From Octopus vulgaris (taxonomy: Eukaryota): 64,000 bases of DNA. Position numbers and translations under genes: made by a program. The DNA is taken from assembly GCA_951406725.2 (NCBI GenBank), contig OX597839.1:11966001-12030000 (forward strand), written 5' to 3'. Position 1 is the stretch's first letter, and every line of letters starts with the position of its first letter. The notes under the pieces are model-generated. The model did not search any database. It saw nothing but the letters and a program-made list of their open reading frames with translations, and had not been told where the DNA came from. Below are positions 14,299-27,165 of this stretch, in pieces.

Positions 14299-14419
14299 AT
14301 ATATCTTTATGTTCCATCTCTCAGATGTTTCGTGTCATTGTGCTGCAGCCATATTGGGCACAATCTTGGGGGGTTTAGTGGAACATATAGACCCTAACAG
14401 TTATTGTCTTTAAGCTTGG

Positions 14420-14999
14420 TAATAATGATGACGCTGACAAGGGGATTATCATAAAGGAAACCCTAAACACTAACGGTGCATATCACCACCACAGCCACCA
14501 CCACCACCACCACCACCACCACCACCACAATTACCACTATCACTTCCACCATCGCCACCGGCACTACTATCACCAATACAAATATCACCAGCAACCACCA
14601 CTGCTACCACAACCAACACCAATACAAATGCCACTACCATCACCACCACCACTACCAACACCACCAATACTACCACCATTACTACTGTCACTACAAACGC
14701 TGCCACCACTTGCACGATCACCACCGCCACCAACACTACCACCACTACCACCACAACCAACTCCACCACCACTATCAGCTCTTTGTCCTTCATCACGATC
14801 ATACCATCGTTGTCATCCGCCCATCAAAAACAATGCCCTCTACCATTACAACCAATTACGTCAAACGACCTCATTACTACAACCATTAAGACTGCTACCA
14901 TTTCACCCCCCTCCCTTTCATCACCATTATTGCTACCTACCATCTGCCACTTATCCCGGTTACCCTACCACTGCCACCGGTGACCTCCACAAACACGAC
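14420..14999 (+). repeat. Copy 2 of the 570-bp duplication, inserted inside a family-B SINE
   Basis: SINE B minus-strand sequence lies on both sides: TTTAAGCTTGGTA on the left and GTCTTTTACCGAACCGC on the right. Confidence 0.85.
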
Positions 15000-15379
15000 A
15001 GTCTTTTACCGAACCGCCTAGTTACGACGATGTAAACAAACCAACAATGGTTGTCAAGTGGTAGTGGGCAGTCGGAGGGGGGAGGCGCACAAACACAAAG
15101 ACACATACATTTAGATACGTACACACATACACACATATACATACACTCACACAGATGCATACACACACACATATATATATATATATATACACACATATAA
15201 AGTAAGAGAAAAAATGGAGCAACACGTGACAATTAGAAGTTGATGATTAGTAGTAAATGATCGTAGTTTAATTATGGTTAAGATAACACTTACAGCTGTT
15301 TCTGTTTTTGAGGTAAACTTGCGTTTATCTCGTTTACCTCAAAAATAACAAACATAAACAGCTGTAAATGTTATCTTGT

Positions 15380-15960
15380 TTTTGTTTGTTCCTTCTCGAG
15401 CCATACCTGGCTCTAAAAGGGCCGGTTTCCCGGTTTCCTTGGCGTATAGGTTCCCCACCTGGACGGGACGCCAGTCCATCACAGGTGAGCTGCAAGATGC
15501 AGGAGGAAAGAATGAGAGAAAGTTGTGGTGAAAGAGTCAGCAGAAGTTTCGCCATTACCTTCTGCCGGAGCCGCGTGGAGCTTAGGTGTTTCGCTCATAA
15601 ACACACACATTGCCTGGTCTGAGATTCGAACCCGCGATCCCTCGACCGCTGCTCTAACCACTAGGCCATGTGCCTTCACAAATGTTATCTTAACCATAAT
15701 TAAACTATGACCATTCACTACTAATGATCAACTTGTAATTGTCACATGTTGCCCCATTTCTTCTCTTGTCTTATCTGAATATATTAAACTACAGCTTACC
15801 CTTAAAGAGTCAGCAGAAGTTCGCCATTATCTTCTGCCGGAGCCGCGTGGAGCTTAGGTGTTTCGCTCATATACACAAACATCGCCCGGTCTGAGATTCG
15901 AACCCGCGATCCCTCGACCGCGAGTCTGTTGCTCTAACCACTAGGCCAAGTGCCTCCACA
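15380..15960 (-). mobile_element. Two tRNA-derived SINE copies (family C-related head)
   Basis: GGCCTAGTGGTTAG..GATCGCGGGTTCGAATCTCAGACC heads at ~15675 and ~15955. Confidence 0.85.
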
Positions 15961-16421
15961 CTATAGGTTGTAGCCTCCTGAAAATCAGCGTTTAAATTGT
16001 TCAATCTGATGTTTTTGAACGTTAAAATGTCACTATATTTTTCAATGACTGAATCTTTCTGTGAAATTAAATTACATTTTAAACATTTTTGTTTGTTGCC
16101 GATATATTTACATCTACTCTCACTTCTTAACACCTTTTTTGGTTGTTTATTTGTTTGTTTCAAAGGAGTGTTTGTCTTGCCAGAAACCATTTTGAGAATC
16201 TTGTGAGGAAATAGAAAACGGAGCCAGAAATAATAAAATTGTATCCAAGAATGAGTTTATGTCTATCTCATCATATGGAGTAGATTCCGGTGCCTTCCTG
16301 GAGATACTCTGTTGAGAACTATCATCCGAAAAGTAAATAACCTTCTTCAGTTCTAGAAAAAACATGAACATCCACAAAATCCTTGAAGCGAGGTGAAAGC
16401 ATATCTGATCACAGCAGATGT

Positions 16422-16506
<85 letters not shown>

Positions 16507-16540
16507 AGTACTATTGCTGCTGCTGCCATCATTACAACCA

Positions 16541-16604
<64 letters not shown>

Positions 16605-16639
16605 CAACAACAATAGTAATAAGCCTCTCAGCTAGAAGG

Positions 16640-17410
16640 CCAAGGCCTCAGATTTGGAGAAAGGGATTAAGTCGATTTCATCGACCCCAGTGCGTAACTG
16701 GTACTTATTTAATCGACCTCAGTGCGTAACTGGTACTTATTTAATCGACTCCGAAAGGATGAAAGGTAAAGTCGACCTCAGTGGAATTTGAACTCAGAAC
16801 GTAGCGACGGGCGAAATACTTTTCTACTCTAGGCATAAGGCCCGAAATTTTGCGGAAAGGAGAAGAGGCTGGTCAATTAGATCGATACCAGTACGCAACT
16901 GGTACTTAATTTATCGATCCCGAAAGGATGAAAGGTAAAGTCGACCTCGGCGGAATTTGAACTGAGAACGTAGCGGCAGACGAAATACCTATTTCTATTT
17001 CTTTACTACCCACAAGGGGCTAAACACAGAGGGGACAAACAAGGACAGACAAACGGATTAAGTCGATTACATCGACCCCAGTGCATAACTGGTACTTATT
17101 CAATCAACCTCGAAAGGATGAAAAGCAAAGTCGACCTCGGCGGAATTTGAACTGAGAACGTAGCGGCAGACGAAATACCTATTTCTTTACTACCCACAAG
17201 GGGCTAAACACAGAGTGGACAAACAAGGACAGACAAAGGGATTAAGTCGATTACATCGACCCCAGTGCGTAACTGGTACTTATTTTATCAACCTCGAAAG
17301 CATGAAAAGCAAAGTCGACCTCGGCGGAATTTGAACTCAGAACGTAACAGCAGACGAAATACCGCTGAGCATTTCGCCCGGCGTGCTAACGATTCTCCCA
17401 GCTCGCCCCG
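16640..17410 (-). mobile_element. Head-to-tail array of family-A SINE segments
   Basis: The block GAAAG(G/C)ATGAAA(GGT/AGC)AAAGTCGACCTC occurs four times (~16753, 16922, 17112, 17296). The head (GAGCTGGGAGAATCGTTAGC) is at ~17400. Confidence 0.9.
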
Positions 17411-18019
17411 CCCTCGGCCCGGAGGAATTAGTAGAAGTCACTTGCCCTTGGTGCCATACAGTAAGACTGAACCCGAAACCACGTGGTTTGGAAGCAAACT
17501 TCTTACCACATAGCCACACGTGTACCTCTCAGGGAAGTATTTCAACATATATGTACACGCAGTGATATCACAGAAATTTGCTTCGAGAAGTAGTTATGTC
17601 ATGTGGTATGGAGGAGTTGATATGACAGAGTGATAGAGTGATATCACGTTGATATTTATTTCATGCTGCGTAAATAAGCGATATATTTTCGGTTTTAAGG
17701 TTGATATAACATTTATACGCAGTGTTTATTTTATACGTTGTCAGAAGTCAATAAAGAGATTGATACAGCGATATCAGACATATTGAAGACTAGAGTTATC
17801 ACACACATTTATAAGAGGACATCATTCAATGTCAAAAAAAATCTTATAGGGGAGAAGAGGTGAATTATATGGTAAAAATTGGTGAAGATATATCACAGGT
17901 ACCGTAAGGAATATTAAAAATTTTCAGGGGAAACTAGACCAGCTCGAGAGGCTGCTTCTAAGATTATCACGGCATTAAGTATATTAGCGAAGATTATTAT
18001 ATTAGGGAGGATTATTACT

Positions 18020-18160
18020 GTGAAGGCGCAGGGCTTAGTGGTTAGGGCATTCGACTCACGATTGTAAGGTAATGAGTCCGATTGCCGGCGACGCGTCCTG
18101 TCCTTGAGCAAGAAACTTTATTTCACGTTGCTCCAGTCCACTCAGCTGGCAAAAATGAGC
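18020..18160 (+). mobile_element. tRNA-derived SINE family D
   Basis: GGCGCAGGGCTTAGTGGTTAGGGC..TGTCCTTGAGCAAG..CTCAGCTGGCAAAAATGAG. Related copies are at 23908-24205 and 51630-51866 (-). Confidence 0.85.
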
Positions 18161-18457
18161 GATAAAAAAATGAAAGAGACACAGTGAAGTGAAAGAGGGA
18201 AAGTGAGCATGAAGAGAAGGCCAGGAATGTGAGAGAGGAGGAACGAAAGAACGAAGAGTAGAATGAGCGAAGCGTGAAAGGGCTGATAGAAAGAAGGAAA
18301 GAATACAAAGAACAATAGAGCCGTACAAAATTTAGGTATAAGAGACCAAAGTGTACGTACGCCGCTATATTTTATATATCAAAAAATACAAAAATAGGAC
18401 AGGAACACAAAACATCCAGACAGTTAGGTGAGACAAAAATGGGACAAAAAAAAAAAC

Positions 18458-18536
<79 letters not shown>

Positions 18537-18618
18537 TATCTGTATGCATATATATTTTTTAATTTAATTTTTTATTTTATCTAGTTTCAGCTCACGAGCT
18601 GTGACCATGCTAGGGCAC

Positions 18619-18689
<71 letters not shown>

Positions 18690-19872
18690 AAAAGCAATAA
18701 AGATTCAAGTTAATTTAAATGAATTTACTTGAATATGGTACCTAACTTAGATGCACCAAAAAAACTATACTGATTTAACAATACAGTAATGTGGGGTGAT
18801 TATAAGCGAGAATGAAGCAACAAGAATGGATAGGTTTTTAGTACAATCGTTTCATACAAGGACAGGTTTTATTAAAAGTTGCAAAAATTACAGCATATAA
18901 ACGTGTCCCGTACTCATCAGCTAAAATACATGTGAGTTCTCTAGACATCCTAGTGGTTGAGGCTATACTCATGAAGTAATGTAGATAATTAAGTAACATA
19001 AACAGATTTCAAAAGTTCATTAAAGTTCTTTAAAGATGATGTACAGTCTTATCACAGAATTTTAAAAAAGTTTTAATAGCATCACAGAGGAGGTGACCTA
19101 ATCCATAGTGCACATATGAATTTCCAGAGATATGATGAGGGATTACATACTCACAGAAGACAAATTTATCCATTGTTAATTACAACGAGGTGGGTTTCAA
19201 TTCCTGCTTATTAGCATTACAGAGAGGGTGAATTAATCCTTTGTATAGATGCACAATTTCCAATGGTGTAGATGTAAATTTCCAGAGAAATGAAGAGGAA
19301 TTTCATATTCACAGGCGATAAATTTATCAATGGTTGAACACAATGAGGTAGGTATGAATTCTTGTTATATGATTAGGCATTTGCCACATTAATCACATTA
19401 CTGCTATTTACAAGAGGCTGTAGCTATTTAACTTTTAAAGGCTGAAGGGCTTTCTAGAGCGGTATAGAATAGAAAAGGGAAGGGAATAGAAGAAAAGAGA
19501 GAAAATAAAGGAGGAGGGAGCAAAAAGGGGGGGCGAGGGGGACTAAAAGAGAAGAGAAAAGGAAAAAGAGAATAAGAAGAAGAAAAAGAAAAAAGAGAAA
19601 AGAGAAAGAAATAGGGAAGGAAGGGAAAAAAGAAAAAAGAAGAAAGAAGAAAGAAAAAGAAAAAAAAAGAGGGTTCTAGTTATACAGAAGAATTAGTAGA
19701 CGGCAAGTCTGGTTTTAATTTACAGGCATCTAGGAACTAGAGGAGAATATTATTCTTTGACCAGTAAAACAGCTATATGCTGTAATTTTTATATGCTGTA
19801 ATTTTTGCAACTTTTAATAAAACCTGTCCTTGTATGAAACGATTGTACTAAAAACCTATCCATTCTTGTTGC
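18690..19872 (-). mobile_element. PLE-like terminal region with a hammerhead and an inverted partial copy of its 3' end
   Basis: Bounded by (TA)n on both sides. 19788-19872 is the reverse complement of ~18817-18901. Confidence 0.7.
18836..18926 (-). ncRNA. Type I hammerhead ribozyme with canonical core and very long stem II
   Basis: TTTTAG-CTGATGA-GTACGGGACA...TGTCCTTGTAT-GAAA-CGATTG-TA-CTAAAA, with a perfect 6-bp stem I. Confidence 0.88.
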
Positions 19873-20007
<135 letters not shown>

Positions 20008-20088
20008 TGTGTGTGTGTGTGTGTGTACACACATTCTTTTACATGTTTCAGTCCTAAGGCTGTGGCCATGCTAGAGTACCCCATATAT

Positions 20089-20127
<39 letters not shown>

Positions 20128-20488
20128 AATGCATACGTATATATATCTCGGCGTGATATTTGTACTTTTTTCAAGGCGATGCCTCAGCACGGTATCGGTT
20201 CAATGACCGAAACAAGCTAAAGATATATATATATAGTAAAAATATGTTACAAAAAGAAAATATAAAATACAAAAGGGTGTTTATTCAAAGCAATGAATGG
20301 CTTATGACGAAACCATGGTATTCTTTGTTTTCTGACTTTATAATCATCTCATAATAATGACTTTTATGACTTTTATTACTACCTCAGTCCATCTAAATGT
20401 ATATATCTGTTGTTACCTGTCATAAAAAGCCTTTTCTTTTTATATTTACAATGTGCATTTTCGTTGATTTTTCTTATCCCCCCCCCCA

Positions 20489-20521
<33 letters not shown>

Positions 20522-20527
<6 letters not shown>

Positions 20528-20805
20528 GATAATGGTGTCATTGAGACCCAAAGGTGTCAGGTAGTGCTGAATAAGTGCTACAGACAGACCATAGTTAAGT
20601 TCAAGATTCGGTAATATTGCTAATAAAGGGTTCAACGTTAGTTCTATGTCAGCATGTGTATATAAGAATTTTTTGCGTAATGAGATAAAAAAACCAAGGC
20701 TGTGTAGATAGAGCATTTATAGATAGAAGGTCTTACAGTTGTTTCTAGAATATTTATTAATTATTCCCTTCAACAGAGACGGTGTGAGAGGAAGGCTAAG
20801 TCATA
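20522..20805 (-). mobile_element. ~280-bp pLTR-like element with hammerhead motif at 20730-20780
   Basis: GTCT-CTGTTGA-A-GGGAATA...TATTCT-A-GAAA-CAACTG-TA-AGAC. The body is homologous to 49660-49880 and 51088-51300. Confidence 0.75.
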
Positions 20806-20868
20806 TATATATATATACATATAAATACTTTGTGTATGTATATATGTATATATATATAAATATGTATG

Positions 20869-20949
<81 letters not shown>

Positions 20950-20970
20950 GTATATATATATATGTATATG

Positions 20971-21029
<59 letters not shown>

Positions 21030-22683
21030 TTTGTTTAGATTGCAAATGTATACATGCATACAAACACACACACACACACACACACACACGTATTCATGTA
21101 TGTATGAAATAAAAACCGCGAAACTTGGCGCTTAACTTAATGCAATATCCATTCTCATAGCGTTTTGTGTCAAACAACTTTTTACAAACACACACACACA
21201 CACACACACACACAAAGTACTTGACTGTTCATCTTCATCGTGTAGCTGCTGCTACAGTTGCTGCTACCATTGTAGTTTTTGTTGTTGGTATTGTTGTTGT
21301 TGTTGTTGTTCATGTATGTGTAAGTAATTCAACGCCACGTGTGAAAATACTAATAGCTTGTTAACCACATGGGAGGGCAAGCAGCGCCTCTCTTCTCGCA
21401 GCACTGGCTCCTTGGCACAACTGTTAACATACTTTGGAACGGAACGGAAATAGAGGTTCAGGTGTCGGTGGCGGCGGCGGCGGCGGTGGCTGAGTCGGCG
21501 GTGGAGATGATAGTATTGATGGTGGTGGTGGTGGTGGTGGAGGAAGTGATGATAAAGAAAGTGGTGCTGACGCTGGTTGTGGTGTTGTATTGTTGTTGTT
21601 GTTGGTGGTGGTGGTGGCTGAGTCGGAGGTGGTGGTGGCGGCGGCGGCAGTGGTGGTGGAGATGATAGTACTGATGGTGGTGGGTGGAGGAAGTGATGAT
21701 AAAGAAAGTGGTGCTGACGGTGGTAGTAGCGGGGTGGGTGTGCTGACGCTGGTTGTGGTGTTTGTTTTGTTATTGGTGGTGGTGGTAGTAGTAGTGGTGG
21801 AGGATAGTATTGTTTATGGTGGTGGTGGTGGTGGGGGTAGAGACAGTGATAAGGGTGGTGGTATTGGGGATTGAGATGATATTGATGGCGATGTTGGTGG
21901 AGGAAGTGGTTCTGACGGTGGTTGTTGTGGTGTTGATGATAACAACGGTGATGATGATGGTGGTTGATGACTGTGTTGATGTGGGTGGTGGCGGTGGCAG
22001 TGGAAAAGGTGATGTTTGGGATGAAGTAGTGTGGTGAAGTACTTTAGTATAGTACACTAGTTGCGCCGTAGTATATATACCACTGTAGTGGTGTACTTGG
22101 GTGGTAGTTGTGTGTTAGTGTACAACTGTGGTGATGTAGTGGAGAAGAAGTTGTATAGTACGGGTACAACATCGATTTCCCAAAGCCATTTCAGTTTATC
22201 GATTTTTCCGAACTAGGAGAGGTCACCTTGGTCAACACGATCTAAATCAAGCGAGGGTTCAGTCCCACACCATGGCACCTTGGGCAAGTGTCTTCTACTA
22301 TAGCCTTGGGCCGACTAAAGCCTTGTGAGTGGAACTGGTAGACGGAAACTGATAGAAGCACGTCGTGCCCATATTTTCGGTTGTTTTGTTGATGCGGTTC
22401 CTTTATAGTTGTTCTTATAGGTTTACCTTTTAACCTTTTAATATTTTAATTTGCATTACTTTTCCAGTTATGATACAAATAAAATGAACCAAGCATATTC
22501 TTTAATTATCTTTCTCCATTTTCTTTTAACTTTTTAATTTTATACACACACATACATATAGATACCCTAAATTATAATTTTAATAATAATTATTACTTTT
22601 TAAGGTTTTTATTCCCATGCTGGCCACTTAATAAGATCGATATTTAAATTAACGATCTTATCCTTATTTACATATATACATGT

Positions 22684-22758
<75 letters not shown>

Positions 22759-22965
22759 GTGACCGCGTGTGTACCGTTGGCGATTTTTTTCCTCCGTTTT
22801 CCCTTCTTTAGATCTTTCCTTTTCCTAGGTTTCTGACGAAGAGCTCCTCTCGAAACGTTAAACCCTCCTTCTTTCCTTCCTTCCTGAGCGTCCAATAATA
22901 GTATATTTTTTCCACGTCCTCACGTTGTTGCGTTTTCTCTTTGTGTTTTCATGTTTGGATTAAGT
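22759..22965 (+). mobile_element. Family H1 pLTR-like element with intact hammerhead at 22828-22864
   Basis: GGTTT-CTGACGA-A-GAG-CTCCT-CTC-GAAA-CG-TT-AAACC. Confidence 0.88.
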
Positions 22966-22985
22966 TTATACACACACACACACAC

Positions 22986-23053
<68 letters not shown>

Positions 23054-23055
<2 letters not shown>

Positions 23056-23605
23056 AATAAAACATATGCATATATAGATACATATATGTACATACATGCA
23101 TATATGGGTACAGGACACCAAAAAAACGTCGAACACAATGAGAAACGAAAGCATAAACACAAAACCAAGGAAATGGACATTTTTCTTAAACAACGAAAAA
23201 ATGCAGGACAAATAACACAAGGAAAATTCCCCTTCTTCAGTCGCCATGGTTTCATCTACTTTGCGTTTCGAACTCTCCTGTTTTTGTTGCCATTTTTACC
23301 CCTCCGCAAAAAGATCTCAAATTTTATTTAATTTGCTTTTCGCGGGAAGGAAAGTTTCTATCGAAGATGCGTATCGCCTTCACCTTCGAAACGCAGAGTA
23401 GATGAAACCATGGCGACTGAAGAAGGGGAATTTTCCTTGTGTTATTTGTCCTGTATTTTTTCGTTGTTTAAGAAAAATGTCCATTTCCTTGGTTTTGTGT
23501 TTATGCTTTCGTTTCTCATTGTGTTTGACGTTTTTTTTTTGTGTCCTGTACCCATATATGCATGTATGTACATATATGTATGTATATATGCATATGTTTT
23601 ATTTA
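23054..23605. repeat. Inverted repeat, ~220-bp arms with ~110-bp spacer
   Basis: 23054-23272 is the reverse complement of 23385-23605. The same MKPWRLKKGNF ORF appears on both strands. Confidence 0.95.
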
Positions 23606-23657
23606 ATAATTCATTATATGATGGAACGCACGCATCCATTTCTAAGTAAGATTGTTC

Positions 23658-23697
<40 letters not shown>

Positions 23698-23727
23698 CAC
23701 ACACATACATATATATATATACATATA

Positions 23728-23887
23728 TATGACAGGCTTCTTTCAGTTTCCGTCTACCAAATCCACTCAGAAGACTTTGGTCGGCCCAAGGCTATAGTAG
23801 AAGACACTTGCCCAAGGTGCCACGCAGTGGGACTGAACCCGGAACCATGTGGTTGGTAAGCAAGCTACTTACCACACAGCCACTCCA
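23728..23887 (-). mobile_element. SINE family B 5' half
   Basis: Reverse complement of GAGTGGCTGTGTGGTAAGTAGCTTGC..GGGTTCAGTCCCACTGCGTGGCACCTTGGGCAAG. Confidence 0.9.
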
Positions 23888-25039
23888 TCATACATATACG
23901 TCTTCGGTGAAGGCGCGTGACTTAGTAGTATTCGGTTAGGGATCGTGAGTTCGATCCGTGGCGGCGCGTTTTGCCCTTGAGCGTGGCACTTTATTTTACG
24001 TTGCTCCAGTTTACTCAGCAGGCAAAAATGGGTTGTATCTGTAATTCAAAAGGCCAGCCTTGTTACATTTTATGTTACTCCGAATCTTCCTGAGAACTAC
24101 TTTAAGGGTATGTGTTCTTTGTGGAGTCCTCAGCCACTTACATGTTAATTTCATGAGCAGGCTGTTCCATTGAACACTCGCCGTCGCAACCGATGGAGTG
24201 CCAGTTTTTTTTTATTTATCTAATTATGTGTGGAATTGTCCCCCCTCTGCTTGACGGTTTATTCTGCTTGCTCGCCGCCTGAGGAGTCAGAACAATGCTA
24301 ATAACACGAAATTTGAGTACTGGAGTCGATGTAATCGGCTTGCCGCTGTTTCCGAAATTGCTGGCCTTGTGTCAAAATGTGAAACCATTCTTATCAGTGT
24401 TATTAAGGTGGTGAGCTGGCAGAATCGATAGCACCCCAGAAAAAATGCCTAGAGGCATTGTTTTTCCGATTCTGAGTTCAAGTTCCATTGGGGGGTCGAC
24501 TTTACCTCTCATCCTTTCGGGGTCGATAAAAAGTATCAGTTGAACACAGGGGTCGATGTAATCAACTTATCTCCGCTCCCGAACTTGCTGGCCTTGTTCC
24601 AATACTCGAAAGCAATATCGTTGCTGCCCCAACTGCCATCATTGCTACTGTGCTTGTTGTCTTCTTCTTCTACTTCATCTTCTTCTTCACCTCCTCCTCC
24701 TCCTCCTCCTCCTTCTTCTTCTTCTTCTTCTTCTTCTTCTTCTTCTTCTTCTTCTTCTTCTTCTTCTTCTTCTTCTTCTTCTTCTTCTAATCAGGACTCA
24801 CGCCATTAGCCACAAAGAATAATCTCTAATTCGAGCCTACTCTAAGCTACTAAGAATGCGTGCGGCAACTTAAAGATAGACTGGCGGTTGCACGGGCGCG
24901 AAAGCTACGTTGTTATCCTCATTCCGTAAACGGTGGTTTCTAATGGGTGGAGAGCTGAACCATCCTGGGGTACAGAGGATTCACAATCTAGACTAGGGTC
25001 TGAAAGTTTACCACACCATAGTGGGTTACACCGTGGTTC

Positions 25040-25247
25040 CTCTGCTTTGTGGCAGAAGTAGGAAGAAAGAGTGAGAGAAAGTTGTGATGAAAGAGTACAG
25101 CGGGGTTCACCACCACCCCTCAGCCGGAGCCTCGTGGAGCTCAGGTGTTTTTGCCCAATAGACACTCAAATGCCCGGTCTGGGAATCGAAACCGCGTTCT
25201 TACGACCGCGAGTGCGCTGCCCTAACCACTGGACCATTGCGCCTCCA
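25040..25247 (-). mobile_element. SINE family C
   Basis: GGCGCAATGGTCCAGTGGTTAGGGC..GGTTTCGATTCCCAGACC. Confidence 0.85.
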
Positions 25248-26064
25248 CTGTAGTTGTTGTTGCTGTTACCATCGCTGTTGGTAGTTATTCTTGTTTCTTT
25301 TGTAGTTCTTGCTATTTGTTGCATTTTTGTTTCTACTCCCATCCCTGTTGTGCGCCATTGATGTTGCTGTTGTTGTTCTTGTAGTTGGCCCCTCTCTGTA
25401 AACAAGAACAACAACACAACAAAGCAGTAAGCTGAAACATCAATTGGATACCAGTCAGTTCTAGAATGTTTCTCGAGAAGAATTTCTGTCGTGGAATTTC
25501 TTCTTAGAAATCTCGAAAAGAAACCTATCAAGCTTCATCCACCTGGTGGCGGAAAAGTGAGAAGCGTGATGATGGTGATGATGGTGATGATGATGATGAT
25601 GATGATGATGACGATGACGATGATGCCCTTGAAATACTATTGGGGACCCCTATTTACTATTCTGCTTGCGTGAACCACCAAAAATCTGGCTGAGTCATTT
25701 AAAACCCTAAATGGTATCAGTTAAGGTGACGCTATTGGTGAACCACACAAATAACTTTAGACCCTCACCCCTAATTCTTGGTTTTCTGTGAATCGATTTT
25801 GATAAAACTTTTCCCAGCTGGCTTGCACACTTTGGCAACACCATTGTTATGTTTCCTTTATTTTGTGTAACGCCCTTTCTTTTTTTATTCCAGATTCTTC
25901 AGTTTTTTGGGGTGAACCACACTAATAGCTTTTGAATTTTGGCTCAAAACCTATCAAGACATTTTTTTTCAGAAAATGAAGGGTAACAATACATATAAAG
26001 CATACATTGAGTATATATTTAAATTATCCTAAATTTCACTCCTAAGCTATTAGCATGATTCTGG

Positions 26065-26118
<54 letters not shown>

Positions 26119-26142
26119 GTGTGTGTGTGTGTGTGTACACAT

Positions 26143-26228
26143 ATTTTCGCCACTACACATTATTTTCTCTCATTGTTTCTTTCTGTGTTCCTTTCTGTGG
26201 AAGAGCGTAGGCTCGAAACGTTAAAGAC
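26143..26228 (+). mobile_element. Fragment of the pLTR of the full-length PLE family with hammerhead at 26191-26226
   Basis: CTTT-CTGTGGA-A-GAGC-GTAG-GCTC-GAAA-CG-TT-AAAG, the same stems as at 41325 and 45852. Confidence 0.8.
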
Positions 26229-26243
26229 TGGGCCATTGCGCCT

Positions 26244-26280
<37 letters not shown>

Positions 26281-26292
26281 CACATATATATG

Positions 26293-26923
26293 CGTAGGCG
26301 TGGCTGTGTGGTAACAAGTTTGCTTCACAACCACATGGTTGCGGGTTCGGACCCATTGTGTGAGACGTTGGTCAAGTGTCTTCTACTATAGTCTCGAGCC
26401 GACCAAAGCCTTGTGAGTAGATTTGGTAGACAGAAACATAAAGAAGCCCATTGCTTGACAACCGATGTTGGTGTCTTTACGTCTCCGTAACTTAGCGGTT
26501 CGGCAAAGGAGACTGATAGAAAAAGTAGTAGGCTTAAGAAGTAAGTCCCAGGTTCGATTTGTTCGACTAAAACCCTTCAAGGCGGTGCTCCAGCATGACC
26601 GCAGTCGAATGCCTGAAACAAGTAAGAGAATAAAAGAATATACCGCGTTCAGTAGAGGAAGGAAAAAGTCAATATTTTACTAATTTTCCTCAAAAGTTGT
26701 TCAAAATTTTCCTAAGAATATTTGTACTTTTAGCCTCGTAATTTTTGTGAGTTAGAGAACAGGTGCAGGCGTAGCTGTGTGATAAGAAGCTTGCTTCACA
26801 ACTACATGGTTCTGGGTTCAATCCCACAGCCTGGCACTTTGGGCAAGTGTCTTCTAGTATTGCCTAGAGCCGACCTTGGTGGTAGATTTGGTAGACGGAA
26901 ACTGAAAGAAGTCCGTCGTGTAC

Positions 26924-26985
<62 letters not shown>

Positions 26986-27165
26986 ATGTCTGTGTTTGTT
27001 CCCCACAACTGCTTGCTAACTGGTAATAGTGTGTCTACGTCCCCCGTAACTTAGCTGTTCGGCAGAACAGACCAACAGAATAAATACCAGGCTTTACAAT
27101 GAATAAATAGATAAAGAAACTGTGCACCAGCATGGCCGTAGTCTAATGACTGAAATAAGTAAAAA
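26293..27165 (+). mobile_element. Two family-B SINE copies (26293-26640, 26762-27165)
   Basis: Shared head and body, and tail ATGGCCG(C/T)AGTC..GA(C)TGAAA. Confidence 0.88.

Noticed and set aside
20300-20330. GAAACCATGGTA hammerhead-like 3' half (similar halves at ~36665, 61200, 62167)
   Set aside because: No CUGANGA with a matching stem I nearby, so they were not counted as ribozymes.
21369-21465. Short non-repetitive ORF start MGGQAAPLFSQHW..
   Set aside because: No recognisable homology or partner exons, and it runs into trinucleotide repeats.
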